Source: Brachyspira murdochii
GTDB taxonomy: Bacteria; Spirochaetota; JAAYUW01
Reading direction: 5' to 3'
NCBI GenBank assembly: GCA_020722965.1
Contig: DYJT01000008.1
Coordinates: forward strand, 28,474-92,473
DNA: 64,000 bases
Shown: piece after piece, positions 18,285-29,017 of the stretch
Position numbering within the stretch: position 1 is the first letter of the stretch
How the letters are laid out: each line of letters opens with the position of its first letter
The notes under the pieces: model-generated
What the model was told of the DNA's origin: nothing
The model's input: the letters and a program-made list of their open reading frames with translations, nothing else
Database searches by the model: none
Program-made: the position numbers and the translations under genes

Positions 18285-19546
18285 ACCTTAAAGGCTTTAC
18301 CAAATTTTCCCTGTAAAAATATCCCTTTGATTATCATTGTCGCATAACTACCTTTTGGAAGATTAAATTCAAGTCTTACTTTCTTCTTGCCTTTAAAAAA
18401 TTCATCATCCTGAAAATCTGAGATTAACAGATTTTCAGGGATTAACAAACCTTTTCTATGCTTATTATTTAGCCTTATCTTTAAGTTCTTGCCATCAAGT
18501 TTTTCAAATTTTAAATTCTCTATTTTCTCAATGTCATCTATTATTTTGAATATATTAGATTGATTTATAAAATTAAATTTTTTCGATAATCTTTCAATCT
18601 CATTATAAAATTGGCTTGAAGGAATTGGTAGATCGATTTTTTTAAGTAAATCCAGTAAATTTTTTGAAAACCTCTCACAAAAGATATAATTGTTTGTTTC
18701 ACCTTTAATTATGAAATTTGATGCATTATCATTAAAATTTAATATTAACATAGATAAAAAGATATTAAATAGGTAAGATTGGTAAGCGTGCATTAATAAA
18801 ATTAGATATCTTCTATCAATATTTAAAAATGCTGATAAATAGTCATTTTTATTTTGATATATCCTTTTAAAAAAACCCTTTAGTTCTGATGGTATATTTT
18901 TAAATATTGATTCAATGTTATCAATTTTCTTATCATTAAAAATATAATTTAAAACAGAAAGTTTAGCTTCTTTAGCTTTTTTATTGTCATATTTTGATGT
19001 TGAAAAAAGTAGCCTTGTTGCACTTTCGTAATCACCTAATATTAGACTTTTTGCCACAAAGCCAAGACCATGCCTTGCACTTCCAAAACGCTGGTCATCA
19101 AAATAATTTGGAACTCCTTGATTTTTAACTATTTCAAATCTATCGAGAATTAATGGTATTTCTTTATTATCTATTGATCTTATTGTTAAAGAAAAGTTAT
19201 TATAGCTTATATCATCACTTCGAATTGGTTTATCTATATTCCCTATATATTCAAAAATGGCATTGGGAATTAAAGATTTATCTTCATCTAATGCATTAAT
19301 AATTCTTGATGCGAACCTTTTTTTAATCGTTAAATAAGAGGTTGTAACAGCATGCCTATCTTTAATTCCAGCAATATTGATTTCATTTGTTGGCAAGTTA
19401 AACCTTGTGCTTAACGAAGATATTATATCAAAAGTTCCCCACCCTCTTTTTTCGAATCTAAAAAGAGAATAATTTCCATCTGGATTTATCTCGAAGTTTA
19501 AATGTTCTTTAACTATGAAATCTTCAGGAAATGTTCTTATTTTCAT
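18281..19546 (-). CDS. truD: tRNA pseudouridine(13) synthase TruD-like
   Basis: 421 aa. The N-terminus (IRTFPEDFIVKEHLNFEINPDGNYSLFRFEKRGWGT) and the GIKDRHAVT block match TruD. Confidence 0.7.
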   Translation of the reverse strand: MKIRTFPEDFIVKEHLNFEINPDGNYSLFRFEKRGWGTFDIISSLSTRFNLPTNEINIAGIKDRHAVTTSYLTIKKRFASRIINALDEDKSLIPNAIFEYIGNIDKPIRSDDISYNNFSLTIRSIDNKEIPLILDRFEIVKNQGVPNYFDDQRFGSARHGLGFVAKSLILGDYESATRLLFSTSKYDNKKAKEAKLSVLNYIFNDKKIDNIESIFKNIPSELKGFFKRIYQNKNDYLSAFLNIDRRYLILLMHAYQSYLFNIFLSMLILNFNDNASNFIIKGETNNYIFCERFSKNLLDLLKKIDLPIPSSQFYNEIERLSKKFNFINQSNIFKIIDDIEKIENLKFEKLDGKNLKIRLNNKHRKGLLIPENLLISDFQDDEFFKGKKKVRLEFNLPKGSYATMIIKGIFLQGKFGKAFKV

Positions 19547-20276
19547 AATCTTTTTCTATTATATCTTTGATTACTTCGCTAAGATCTTTATCCTTGAATT
19601 TGCCGATTTCATCGTAAGAAATTGGTTTATGGAATATAACTTTTACAGACTTTATATGATATATCATAAAACTCCATTTTGGTTTTACGATATATGTTCC
19701 ATTTAATGTAACAGGTAATAAATCATATTTAGTGTTTTCCCAGATAGATATAAAACCTCTTTTAAACTTATGAATGTTGCCATCTAATGTTCTTGTTCCC
19801 TCTGGGAAGATTGCGATAGAACTTAATTTATGATTTTTTATAATTTTTGTCTTTTCATGAACTTTTTTTATTGTTTCCTTTATTCTCTTATAATCTATTG
19901 GAATAGAATCCATTAATCTTAATAGACTACCGAAAAATAGCACCTTGAAAAATCTTTGATTTACCACCCAGATTGTATTTGGTATAAAATACATTATTGC
20001 TGCCACATCATAATAACTTGCATGATTTGCGACAATCAGGTAAGGTTTGTTTTTATCTATAAATTCAAAACCTTCCGATTCAAGTTTTATTCCAATAATA
20101 GTAAAAAAGAATTTACACCAAGCCTTTGAAATTAACAAAAATACCCTATCTTTTTTTAGTAATTTAAATAAAAAACCGATAAAAAATATAATGGTTTGTA
20201 TTGGAAGTGCTATAAAATATGTGACAAATGAGCAGATTATCGTAGATATTTTTATTTTTCTTTTGTAACTTTTCAC
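19524..20276 (-). CDS. plsC: 1-acyl-sn-glycerol-3-phosphate acyltransferase
   Basis: Acyltransferase HX4D motif (ANHASYYD) and an FPEGTRT block. Confidence 0.7.
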   Translation of the reverse strand: MKSYKRKIKISTIICSFVTYFIALPIQTIIFFIGFLFKLLKKDRVFLLISKAWCKFFFTIIGIKLESEGFEFIDKNKPYLIVANHASYYDVAAIMYFIPNTIWVVNQRFFKVLFFGSLLRLMDSIPIDYKRIKETIKKVHEKTKIIKNHKLSSIAIFPEGTRTLDGNIHKFKRGFISIWENTKYDLLPVTLNGTYIVKPKWSFMIYHIKSVKVIFHKPISYDEIGKFKDKDLSEVIKDIIEKDYENKNIS

Positions 20277-20377
20277 CTTTTTAGTATATCAATTGCTAGA
20301 ATTTTTTCAATATTTAAAATCTTGTATTAGCTTGCATTATTAATAATTTTTTTTATAGTTAATAAAAAAGGAATTAG

Positions 20378-22138
20378 ATGAAATTTAAAGGTATTGGTAT
20401 CACCGGTATGATTTCCTGGGGTAAAGTTTATCTTTACAACCATGAATCATACACTATACCAAAATATAATGTTCTTGATACATACTCTGAAATAGAAAGA
20501 TTCAGTAAAGCCTTAGATAAAACTGCTGAAGATATCAAGAAAATACAGCAATCCCTTGAAAAATCTGTTTCTGACGATGAACTTTATCTCTATACTTCAT
20601 TTATTCTTTTTTTAACTGACCCGAGTTTTACTAATATGGTAAAAAATGAAATTGAAAAAGGTCAGAAAAATGCCGAATGGGCATTATATATTGTTTTAGA
20701 AGAGTTAATATCTAAATTTAAAGATCTTTCTAATGTTTCATTCGCTCAAAGATCAGAGGATATTTCTTCTATTGGCGAAAAAATAATGATAAATTTACTT
20801 GCTAAACAGCAGGTTAATGATGATTTAAATATACCAAAAGACTCAATAATTGTAGCAAGATCGATATCCCCTACCGATCCTATAATTTTAGAACATAAAA
20901 ACATAGCAGGATTAGTAACTGAGCTTGGTGGATATGCATCTCATACGGCAATTATGGCTAAAAGCTTGTCTATACCATCTGTACTTGGTTGCGAATTTAT
21001 TACTTCGGTCGCTCAAAATGATGATGAGGTAATAATTAACCCTCTTACTGGTGAAGTCATATTAAAACCATCAAAAAATGATATAGAAAAAGCAAAAATA
21101 CTTCAAGGAAAACAAAAAAAATTACTTACCAAATTTTATCCTTATAATAATTATGAACCAAAAACAGGCGATGGGACAGATATTGATATTCTTGCGAACA
21201 TAGCATTCGCAGAAGAAATTCCTTCGCTTTTGAAAACTTCATTAAAAGGGATAGGCCTTTATCGATCCGAATTCATTGTTCTTCAATTCAATTCATTCCC
21301 ATCTGAAGAAACCCAATATAAAATTTTAAAAAAGATCTTTTCAAGTTATAGATTGGATAAAGAAATAACCATAAGAACACTTGATCTGGGAGGAGACAAG
21401 ATAATTCCTGGTTATGCCTCGGCTAATGAAAAAAATCCTTTTTTGGGTTACAGGGCAATCCGATTTTGCCTTTCAAGACCTCAACTATTTTTGGAACAGA
21501 TAAGGGCAATTTTAAGAGCTGGTCATGGTTTTAAAAATCTTAAAATAATGATTCCAATGGTATCTAATTATGAAGAAATAATAGAAACAAAAAAACTTTT
21601 TAAACAGGCTACTAACCAATTGGAAAAAGAAAATGTACATTATTGTAAAGATTATAAAATTGGTATCATGTTCGAAATCCCTTCAATATTATATATCCTC
21701 GAAGATCTCTCTAAAGAGATAGATTTTATTTCTATAGGTACAAATGATTTAATTCAATATCTTCTTGCTGTTGATAGAGGTAATGAAAAAATTGCATATC
21801 TATTCAAGTACTCTAACCCTTCTGTATTAAGATTTTTAAACGAGACCATAAAAAAGGCAAAAAGCTTAAATCTTGAAATATCCATGTGTGGTGAGATGGC
21901 ATCAGATATATATTCTATCCCTATCTTATTGGGTATGGGTTTAAGAAGATTCTCAATACCACCATCTGCATACATGATGGTAAATAGACTATTACATTCA
22001 ATTAATATTAAAGAGTGTGAAGAACTTGCCAATGAAACACTTAAATATCTATCTTCCGAAGTTATAGAAAACAAAATTAGTCAATGGGTCAAAGATAGGG
22101 CATACGATGTTTATGAGTTTTTTCATCTTTTCAAATAA
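20378..22138 (+). CDS. ptsI: Phosphoenolpyruvate-protein phosphotransferase (PTS Enzyme I)
   Basis: 586 aa. Has the phospho-His region (GGYASHTAIMAKSLSIPSVLG) and a PEP-utilising C-terminal domain (SIGTNDLIQY, CGEMA). No HPr or EII genes are seen nearby. Confidence 0.85.
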   Translation: MKFKGIGITGMISWGKVYLYNHESYTIPKYNVLDTYSEIERFSKALDKTAEDIKKIQQSLEKSVSDDELYLYTSFILFLTDPSFTNMVKNEIEKGQKNAEWALYIVLEELISKFKDLSNVSFAQRSEDISSIGEKIMINLLAKQQVNDDLNIPKDSIIVARSISPTDPIILEHKNIAGLVTELGGYASHTAIMAKSLSIPSVLGCEFITSVAQNDDEVIINPLTGEVILKPSKNDIEKAKILQGKQKKLLTKFYPYNNYEPKTGDGTDIDILANIAFAEEIPSLLKTSLKGIGLYRSEFIVLQFNSFPSEETQYKILKKIFSSYRLDKEITIRTLDLGGDKIIPGYASANEKNPFLGYRAIRFCLSRPQLFLEQIRAILRAGHGFKNLKIMIPMVSNYEEIIETKKLFKQATNQLEKENVHYCKDYKIGIMFEIPSILYILEDLSKEIDFISIGTNDLIQYLLAVDRGNEKIAYLFKYSNPSVLRFLNETIKKAKSLNLEISMCGEMASDIYSIPILLGMGLRRFSIPPSAYMMVNRLLHSINIKECEELANETLKYLSSEVIENKISQWVKDRAYDVYEFFHLFK

Positions 22139-22221
22139 GATTAAAATAACAGTAATTTTTCTTAAAATAAATTTGATTTGATTTAATATTTCCATATTGT
22201 TTAATTTTCCTGGGATGTTTT

Positions 22222-23595
22222 ATGAATAATAAAGATGATTTAATTAAAATTGTTTTAGCCGGAAGACCAAATGTGGGTAAATCTACTATATTCAATATTT
22301 TTGCGGGGAAAAGGATTTCAATCGAATTTAGTAAGCCAGGCACAACTAGAGATCCTGTAGAAAAAATAGTTGAAATTGGTAATAAGAAAGTCCTTTTAGT
22401 CGATACAGGTGGTTTTGAGTTTGGAAGTAAAGACCCATTATATACTCTTATAGGGGAAAAAGCGAAACAATATATTCAAAATAGCGATCTAGTTTTATTT
22501 GTTATAGAAAAAGAAAACATTATAGATGAAGATCTTGCATTTCTTAGATTTATAAAGAAAAATGCAAAAAATTATATTTTAATAATCAATAAATGCGAGG
22601 GGAAATTTAAAGATCTTTTACCCAAAGAGGTTTATAGACTTGGTGTCAAGAAAATGATACCAATTTCTGCTATTCATCGTGATAATATCGATGCTATAGA
22701 AGATGAAATTTTAGCAATTTTTAATGATAATCCTAAGCTAAATAGTGATTCTACAGTTGAAAAAGAATTAACTAATACAATGAAACTCGCTATAGTTGGT
22801 CGCCCAAATACCGGAAAATCTACATTACTCAACTGTATTTTGAATGAAAACAAGGCTATAGTTTCTGATATTCCAGGAACAACAAGGGATGCAATAGAAG
22901 CATCGATAAAATATGATGACCACAATATTATACTTGTCGATACTGCCGGGATAAGAAAAAAACGTAAAATTGATGATGATTTAGAATATTACTGCATAAA
23001 AAGAAGTTTTGATGCAATAGATAATGCCGATATTGTAATTCATGTTATAGAATCCACTGATTTAATTACTTCACAAGATAAAAAAATTTCGGATTACATC
23101 ATAAACAAAGGGAAAGGATATATTTTAGCGATAAATAAAATAGATTTAATTTTAAGCACAAGCTCTTACAATAAAAACTTAAATTTGATTGAGCAGGAGA
23201 TTGAAAATGAAATAAACTATAAGTTTCCACATATCTTATATATAAAGAAAATCTTTATTTCTGCAATGGATAATATAAATATAGATATTCTTTTAAGATA
23301 TTCTATAAACCTTTATTCAAGGGTAATAAAAGAATTAAAAACATCTCAATTAAATAAAGTGATCGAAAAGATAGTTGATATTAAACCAATATTGGTTGGT
23401 TCATCTTTTTTGAATCTTTTATATATGGTTCAGGTGAAAAATGTCCCTCGAATATTCAAGATATTCACAAATAAAAATCCTGATGAAATTCCTGCTTATT
23501 ATACACAATATATTATAAATGAATTAAGAAACCAATTAGAATTAGAATCTATACCAATAAGAATAAAATTTGAAAAAAGAAAAAATAAAAATTAA
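22222..23595 (+). CDS. der: Ribosome-biogenesis GTPase Der/EngA (tandem GTPase domains + KH)
   Basis: Two G domains (GRPNVGKST ... DTGG and GRPNTGKST ... DTAG) followed by a KH-like C-terminus. Confidence 0.9.
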   Translation: MNNKDDLIKIVLAGRPNVGKSTIFNIFAGKRISIEFSKPGTTRDPVEKIVEIGNKKVLLVDTGGFEFGSKDPLYTLIGEKAKQYIQNSDLVLFVIEKENIIDEDLAFLRFIKKNAKNYILIINKCEGKFKDLLPKEVYRLGVKKMIPISAIHRDNIDAIEDEILAIFNDNPKLNSDSTVEKELTNTMKLAIVGRPNTGKSTLLNCILNENKAIVSDIPGTTRDAIEASIKYDDHNIILVDTAGIRKKRKIDDDLEYYCIKRSFDAIDNADIVIHVIESTDLITSQDKKISDYIINKGKGYILAINKIDLILSTSSYNKNLNLIEQEIENEINYKFPHILYIKKIFISAMDNINIDILLRYSINLYSRVIKELKTSQLNKVIEKIVDIKPILVGSSFLNLLYMVQVKNVPRIFKIFTNKNPDEIPAYYTQYIINELRNQLELESIPIRIKFEKRKNKN

Positions 23596-23606
23596 AATAT
23601 TAAAGG

Positions 23607-24248
23607 ATGTCTATGATTAATTATATTTTTTATATTACCTATATTTTCTTTTGCTTTTTTATTGGAGCCATTCCTACAGGTTTTATCATAGGGAAATTAA
23701 AAAATATAGACATTAGGGATAAAGGGTCGAAAAATATTGGTGCGACAAATGTAACAAGGACATTAGGACCTGTTTTTGGACTTATAACCTTATCTGTTGA
23801 TTCATTGAAAGCATTTTTACCACTATTTTTATTTAAAACTATTATGAATTATTTTAAACTTGAGGTTCCTATTTTGACATTTGATTTTTGGTTGGCTCTT
23901 GCAAGTGTTTTTGTCCTTTTCGGTAATATTTTTAATCCTTTTTTAAATTTCAAAGGTGGCAAGGGTGTTGCGACAGGTTTGGGGATAATGTTGTACTTAA
24001 ATCCCATAGGAGTTATAATAGTATTTTTTGTTTTTATTATTGTTTTTATTTTATTTAAGTATATTTCTTTAGGCTCTATTTTCGCTGTAATAAGTATTGT
24101 TGCATTTTCTTTTTTCAAAATTAAATCCCCTTATATTCTTATATCAATTTTTTTAATTGGTACTTTTGTAATTATAAGACATAAAGAAAACATCAAAAGA
24201 CTTATTAACAGATCTGAAAATAGATTTTCTTTAAAAAAGAAAGAATAA
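23607..24248 (+). CDS. plsY: Glycerol-3-phosphate acyltransferase PlsY
   Basis: 213 aa integral membrane protein with PlsY motifs (GSKNIGATNV, FKGGKGVATGLG). Confidence 0.85.
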   Translation: MSMINYIFYITYIFFCFFIGAIPTGFIIGKLKNIDIRDKGSKNIGATNVTRTLGPVFGLITLSVDSLKAFLPLFLFKTIMNYFKLEVPILTFDFWLALASVFVLFGNIFNPFLNFKGGKGVATGLGIMLYLNPIGVIIVFFVFIIVFILFKYISLGSIFAVISIVAFSFFKIKSPYILISIFLIGTFVIIRHKENIKRLINRSENRFSLKKKE

Positions 24249-24272
24249 AAATTAATCTTTTAAGTAATTTTT

Positions 24273-24608
24273 ATGGATGAAAATAAAATATATTATTCTA
24301 TCTCCGAAGTCTGCAAGATTTGTGAACTTAAACCTTATATATTAAGAAAATGGGAAGATGGCATTATCGCACTAAAACCCAAAAAAAATAAATTTGGTCA
24401 TCGAATTTATACCTTTCAAGATATAAAAAAAATAAAAATTATTAAAAAATTAGTATATATAGATAAACTTTCTATTAAGGGAATAAATGACTATTTTCTA
24501 TTAAAATTTAACAATAAACACTATCAGAAAATTACAGAAATTCAGGCTTTATGGTATGAAATTAATGATAAAATTGAGCAATTAAAAAATTTTATTGACA
24601 AAATATAA
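24273..24608 (+). CDS. MerR-family HTH transcriptional regulator
   Basis: 111 aa with an N-terminal MerR-type HTH (YSISEVCKICELKPYILRKWE) and a C-terminal coiled region. Confidence 0.55.
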   Translation: MDENKIYYSISEVCKICELKPYILRKWEDGIIALKPKKNKFGHRIYTFQDIKKIKIIKKLVYIDKLSIKGINDYFLLKFNNKHYQKITEIQALWYEINDKIEQLKNFIDKI

Positions 24609-24633
24609 TCTACTGCTAATTTATTTCACGTGA

Positions 24634-24706
24634 GCCGAGATAGCTCAGTCGGTAGAGCAAAGGACTGAAAATCCTTGTGTCGGCGGTTCGATTCCACCTC
24701 TCGGCA
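24634..24706 (+). tRNA. tRNA-Phe (GAA)
   Basis: GCCGAGATAGCTCAGTCGGTAGAGCAAAGGACTGAAAATCCTTGTGTCGGCGGTTCGATTCCACCTCTCGGCA. Perfect 7-bp acceptor stem, D-arm GCTC/GAGC, anticodon loop CTGAAAA, T-loop TTCGATT. CCA is not encoded. Confidence 0.85.
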
Positions 24707-24709
24707 TTG

Positions 24710-24734
24710 GCAGGGATTATTCCCTGCTTTTTTT
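24710..24734 (+). terminator. Rho-independent terminator after tRNA-Phe
   Basis: Hairpin GCAGGGATTATTCCCTGC followed by TTTTTTT. Confidence 0.6.
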
Positions 24735-24831
24735 ATATATTTGCAGTCTATTTTTTTATGTATTATTATTTTGGTATAATTATTTTGGAATTATTTAGTT
24801 AAATTTGACAAGAGGAAAACTTATTTAAAAA

Positions 24832-25683
24832 ATGGATAAAAATTTTGTCGATCCCGGATTTCAAACACTAACTAAAGCGATACAAATATATTTGAAATTT
24901 GCCTATGAAAATTCTTCCATGCCAGATAATATAAAAAGTAAAGTTGATTCTATATTAAGCTGTAGCTCTTCCCAGGAAGCCTTAAGTTTTTTTAAAAACG
25001 AAATTTTTAATGGATCACAATCATTAAAACTTCAGCTTGGCTCAGCAAAATATCCATTTTTAAAATTAGTATATGAAAAAGCAGCATTTGAAAATTCTTA
25101 TGGTTTTTACATAGATAGACATTCAGAATATATTGCTGTCGATTCAAGCTCCCCAGACTTCCAGAAAGAACTCGAAATAAAAGAATATACCTCTTTTTTG
25201 AAATTCAAAATTGAATCAGAATTTGAAAAAGAAGGTATCCCTACTTACAGAAAACTGGTAAAAGAATATGTAATAAAGAGTAAGAATAATATCAACTCAT
25301 CAAATATCAAAAGAAAAGGTAAATTTATTCTACTTGTCGAAGATGATCCCGATATCAATGAAATGCATAAACTAGAACTTTATATTTTAGGATATGATGT
25401 CGAATCTGTTTTTAATGGATATGATGCTTTGAAGATGGTCGAAAATAAATATTTTGATCTTATGCTTTTAGATCTTATGATGAGTGGTATTTCAGGACAA
25501 GAAGTCATTAATAGAGCTGGTAAAGAGATAGATATTATTGTTTTGAGTGCCTTATCGGACAAATTTACCAAAGATACCTGTTTAAATCTTGGTGCAAAGG
25601 GATTTTTAACAAAACCAATTCATAAAAATGATCTGGATAAATATCTAACAGAGTTTTTTACTAGAAAAGATGAAAATTTTTAA
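24832..25683 (+). CDS. Response regulator with a C-terminal receiver domain and an N-terminal domain of unknown function
   Basis: The REC domain occupies the C-terminal ~120 aa (LLVEDDPDINE...DLMLLDLMMSG...LSALSD...GAKGFLTKP). The N-terminal ~160 aa is unassigned. No cognate kinase is adjacent. Confidence 0.7.
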   Translation: MDKNFVDPGFQTLTKAIQIYLKFAYENSSMPDNIKSKVDSILSCSSSQEALSFFKNEIFNGSQSLKLQLGSAKYPFLKLVYEKAAFENSYGFYIDRHSEYIAVDSSSPDFQKELEIKEYTSFLKFKIESEFEKEGIPTYRKLVKEYVIKSKNNINSSNIKRKGKFILLVEDDPDINEMHKLELYILGYDVESVFNGYDALKMVENKYFDLMLLDLMMSGISGQEVINRAGKEIDIIVLSALSDKFTKDTCLNLGAKGFLTKPIHKNDLDKYLTEFFTRKDENF

Positions 25684-25701
25684 TCTTTAAAAGGAGCTAT
25701 A

Positions 25702-27531
25702 ATGTGTGGTATTGTTGGTTATGTTGGTTTTAATGATGCAAAAGAAATTTTAATAAATGGCTTAAAAAATCTTGAATATAGAGGATATGATTCTGCCGGT
25801 ATTGCCTTATTGAATAAAGAGAATCTTATAATTCAAAAATCTGTTGGAAAGGTTCAAAATTTAAAAAATAAAGTTGGAAATATTGAAGATACTTTTAATA
25901 CCGGTATTGCCCATACTCGTTGGGCTACTCATGGCGAGCCTACAGAGATAAATGCCCATCCTCAAATCGATTGTAGTAAAAAAATTGCCGTCGTTCACAA
26001 TGGAATTATTGAAAATTATGATACTTTAAAAAAATATCTTATAGAAAAGGGACATAAATTTATTTCAGATACTGACACCGAGGTATTTGCTCATCTTATC
26101 GAATCTAATTATAAAGACGATCTATTGGAAGCAGTGTTGATTTCCTTAAAAGAATGCGTTGGATCTTATGCCTTCGCTATTTTACACAAAGATCATCCCG
26201 ATACCATTATAGCTGCAAAAAAGGGTTCCCCTTTAGTTGTTGGAATAGGTAATAAAGAATATTTTTTAGCTTCTGATGTTAATGCTATATCTAAATACAC
26301 AAGCAATTTTATCTATGTTAATGAAGAAGAAGTTGTAATATTAAAAGAGAATTCATACAAATTTGTCTCATTCGAAAATAAAAAAATTGAAAAACAGATG
26401 GTCAAAGTTAATTCAGACCTACAAAATATTGAGATTAGCAATTATCCTCATTATATGTTAAAAGAAATTTTTGAACAACCATATTCTATATCTAATGCTG
26501 TAAGGGGAAGATTAAATTTTGAAGAAGCTACTGTGAGATTAGATGGTCTTTATGCTGTAATAGATAATATTAAAAAGGCAAACAATTATATATTATGTGG
26601 ATGTGGTACATCGTGGCATTCTGCTCTTATTGGTGAATATATGTTCAACAACCTGGTAAAAACAAATGTTAAAGTTGAATATGCATCCGAAATGAGATAT
26701 AAAAATACTTATATCGATAAAAACACCATAAGTATTTTTATCTCCCAATCGGGTGAAACTGCCGACACAATTGCGGCTTTAAAAGAAGCAAAAAGAAGAG
26801 AAGCGACATGTCTTGGAATATGTAATGTTGTTAATTCTACAATTGCTCGCGAAACAGCTTCAGGAGTTTATTTACATGCTGGTCCAGAAATTGGAGTTGC
26901 ATCAACAAAGGCTTTTACCTCTCAAGTTAGTGTTTTGGCGTTAATATCTATTTTTATAGGTCGTCTTTTAGGTAGGATTTCTTTTGAAGAGGCTTATATA
27001 AATTTAAAAGAATTATCAATTTTACCTGAAAAGATAGAGAAAATTTTACATAACTCTTCTTATATTCAAAATATTGCCGAACATTTTTATACTTCGAATA
27101 ATGCCCTATTCCTTGGTAGAGGGATTAACTATCCTGTTGCATTAGAAGGAGCATTAAAGCTTAAAGAAATCTCTTACATCCACGCAGAAGGTTATCCTGC
27201 GGCAGAGATGAAACATGGACCAATCGCTCTAATAGATGAAAACATGCCGGTATTCGTAATAGCAACAAAAGATTTTCTTTATGATAAAGTAATTAATAAT
27301 ATTAAGGAAGTTAAAGCGAGAAAAGGAATTGTCATCGCTATTGCATCTGAAATTGATAAAAATATATTGAAACATGTTGATCATGCTATTTTTGTCCCGG
27401 AAACCCTTCCGATTTTGTCTCCGATATTGAATATAATTCCACTCCAACTTTTTGCATACTATGTGGCTGTTAGAAGAGGTTTAGATGTCGATAAACCAAG
27501 AAATCTCGCTAAATCAGTCACGGTCGAATAG
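25702..27531 (+). CDS. glmS: Glutamine-fructose-6-phosphate aminotransferase
   Basis: Starts MCGIVGY (Ntn Cys). Two SIS domains and a C-terminal ...KPRNLAKSVTVE. Confidence 0.95.
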   Translation: MCGIVGYVGFNDAKEILINGLKNLEYRGYDSAGIALLNKENLIIQKSVGKVQNLKNKVGNIEDTFNTGIAHTRWATHGEPTEINAHPQIDCSKKIAVVHNGIIENYDTLKKYLIEKGHKFISDTDTEVFAHLIESNYKDDLLEAVLISLKECVGSYAFAILHKDHPDTIIAAKKGSPLVVGIGNKEYFLASDVNAISKYTSNFIYVNEEEVVILKENSYKFVSFENKKIEKQMVKVNSDLQNIEISNYPHYMLKEIFEQPYSISNAVRGRLNFEEATVRLDGLYAVIDNIKKANNYILCGCGTSWHSALIGEYMFNNLVKTNVKVEYASEMRYKNTYIDKNTISIFISQSGETADTIAALKEAKRREATCLGICNVVNSTIARETASGVYLHAGPEIGVASTKAFTSQVSVLALISIFIGRLLGRISFEEAYINLKELSILPEKIEKILHNSSYIQNIAEHFYTSNNALFLGRGINYPVALEGALKLKEISYIHAEGYPAAEMKHGPIALIDENMPVFVIATKDFLYDKVINNIKEVKARKGIVIAIASEIDKNILKHVDHAIFVPETLPILSPILNIIPLQLFAYYVAVRRGLDVDKPRNLAKSVTVE

Positions 27532-27852
27532 ATGAAAAAAGATTATCTTTTTTGTCTTTTTATAATTATTTTATCATCTGCTGTGATACTGATTTTTACA
27601 CTTTCGTTATATTTTCTTTCAAAGATAAAAATTTCTATTTTTAATATTGTTGCAATAGGTTTATCCTTAATTTTCTTTTATTTTTTGTTTTTAAGATATA
27701 TTAAATCTATTACTTTTTTTTCGATCTTTCTTTTTTTGCTTTTATTTATATTTACTCTGGCTAATAGTCATCCATTAATTGGTTTAATATTATCATTATC
27801 TATTTTATTTATCTATATTAAAGCTCGAAAAATTCTTTTTTTAAAGATTTGA
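27532..27852 (+). CDS. Small hydrophobic membrane protein (hypothetical)
   Basis: 106 aa, almost entirely TM helices. Starts 1 nt after the glmS stop. Confidence 0.35.
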   Translation: MKKDYLFCLFIIILSSAVILIFTLSLYFLSKIKISIFNIVAIGLSLIFFYFLFLRYIKSITFFSIFLFLLLFIFTLANSHPLIGLILSLSILFIYIKARKILFLKI

Positions 27853-28392
27853 ATTAAAATTAAAACAAAAATTTTTTAATAGATAATTCATCCTTTTTCT
27901 TAAAATTCTTGTCGTATGTTTTTTCTTAATTCTACAAATATTTGTATTCCTCCCACAAATAATACAATTTTTTTGATTTAAGCCAACCAGCATAGAAGTT
28001 ATCATCCTTTTATTTGCTACTATATCTATATCGAAAAATCTACAATTTTTCTCAATATTATAGCATATATTTTTCAAAATTATAGGAAATTGTTTAATAT
28101 TAATCAAAAGGACAGAGCCAGCAAAAGAAATAAATAATTTGTAATTCAAAATAGATTGCGTTGTAAAGAAATTTTCAAAAAATATTATTAAATATCTAAT
28201 AGCATCGTTAAAATATCTGTTATATTTTGGTACTCCTGGATAATTGAAACTTATTAATACAAATGTATCGCAATTACCTTTCTTGTTTTCATCCATATAG
28301 CTTTTAATGTTATTATATAGGTTTTCTCTTGAAATCAATAACTTTTCCTTATAGGAAATTAAACTTCTATGATTAAACTTTAATTTTTTCAT
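27841..28392 (-). CDS. CitX-like holo-ACP synthase (apo-citrate lyase phosphoribosyl-dephospho-CoA transferase family)
   Basis: 183 aa. Motif-level similarity to CitX as I recall it: NYPGVPK, FFDIDIV, and a C-terminal Cys/His cluster KNCIICGRNTNICRIKKKHT. No citrate lyase or malonate decarboxylase genes are in the window. Confidence 0.5.
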   Translation of the reverse strand: MKKLKFNHRSLISYKEKLLISRENLYNNIKSYMDENKKGNCDTFVLISFNYPGVPKYNRYFNDAIRYLIIFFENFFTTQSILNYKLFISFAGSVLLINIKQFPIILKNICYNIEKNCRFFDIDIVANKRMITSMLVGLNQKNCIICGRNTNICRIKKKHTTRILRKRMNYLLKNFCFNFNSNL

Positions 28393-28498
28393 TTCATTAT
28401 TTATACATTAAAAATCAATTTTTCAAATATTGACATATAAAAAAATTGTATTATTATATTGTTTGAATTGATTTAATTATACTTAAGGAATCAGGTTT

Positions 28499-29014
28499 AT
28501 GAAAAAAATAATATTTATAAATTTTATTATTATTTTCTTTGTCCTATCTATTGTTTATCCAGTATTCTCAAGCGAATCTGATATTAAATCGACTTTTTTA
28601 CTATACTTTAATAATATATATGGTGAGTTTACTTCATATGAAACAAATTATGCCCTTAATAACTTAGTGTTATTTCTAAAAAGTAAATACAATATCCAGA
28701 TAATAGATAATGGTTTTTCGACAAGAAATCTATCCATGGAACTGGTTAAAAAATTTAATTTAAGTTCACTCGCAGAAATGACTGGCAAAGTTAATTCAAT
28801 TAACTATTCCAATGGTAAATACAGGACTGGAATCTATTTAAATCTTATCTTTGATTCAATTAAGACAGATCAGATAGATTTAGAAACATCGAAATCTTTT
28901 GAAGGTGAAGAAGCTAATTCTATGTTAGACTCCAGAGCTTTTACATTAAGTAAAGCTTATATTGAAATATTTACAGAAAATATAGAGAAAATATTAGAAA
29001 TAGTAAGACAATAA
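28499..29014 (+). CDS. Hypothetical secreted protein
   Basis: 171 aa with an N-terminal signal-peptide-like segment. No motif recognised. Confidence 0.4.
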   Translation: MKKIIFINFIIIFFVLSIVYPVFSSESDIKSTFLLYFNNIYGEFTSYETNYALNNLVLFLKSKYNIQIIDNGFSTRNLSMELVKKFNLSSLAEMTGKVNSINYSNGKYRTGIYLNLIFDSIKTDQIDLETSKSFEGEEANSMLDSRAFTLSKAYIEIFTENIEKILEIVRQ

Positions 29015-29017
29015 ATT

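Noticed and set aside
22131-22343. 70 aa minus-strand ORF overlapping the der start
   Set aside because: It overlaps the well-supported N-terminus of Der (GRPNVGKST) on the opposite strand. It is a spurious antisense ORF.
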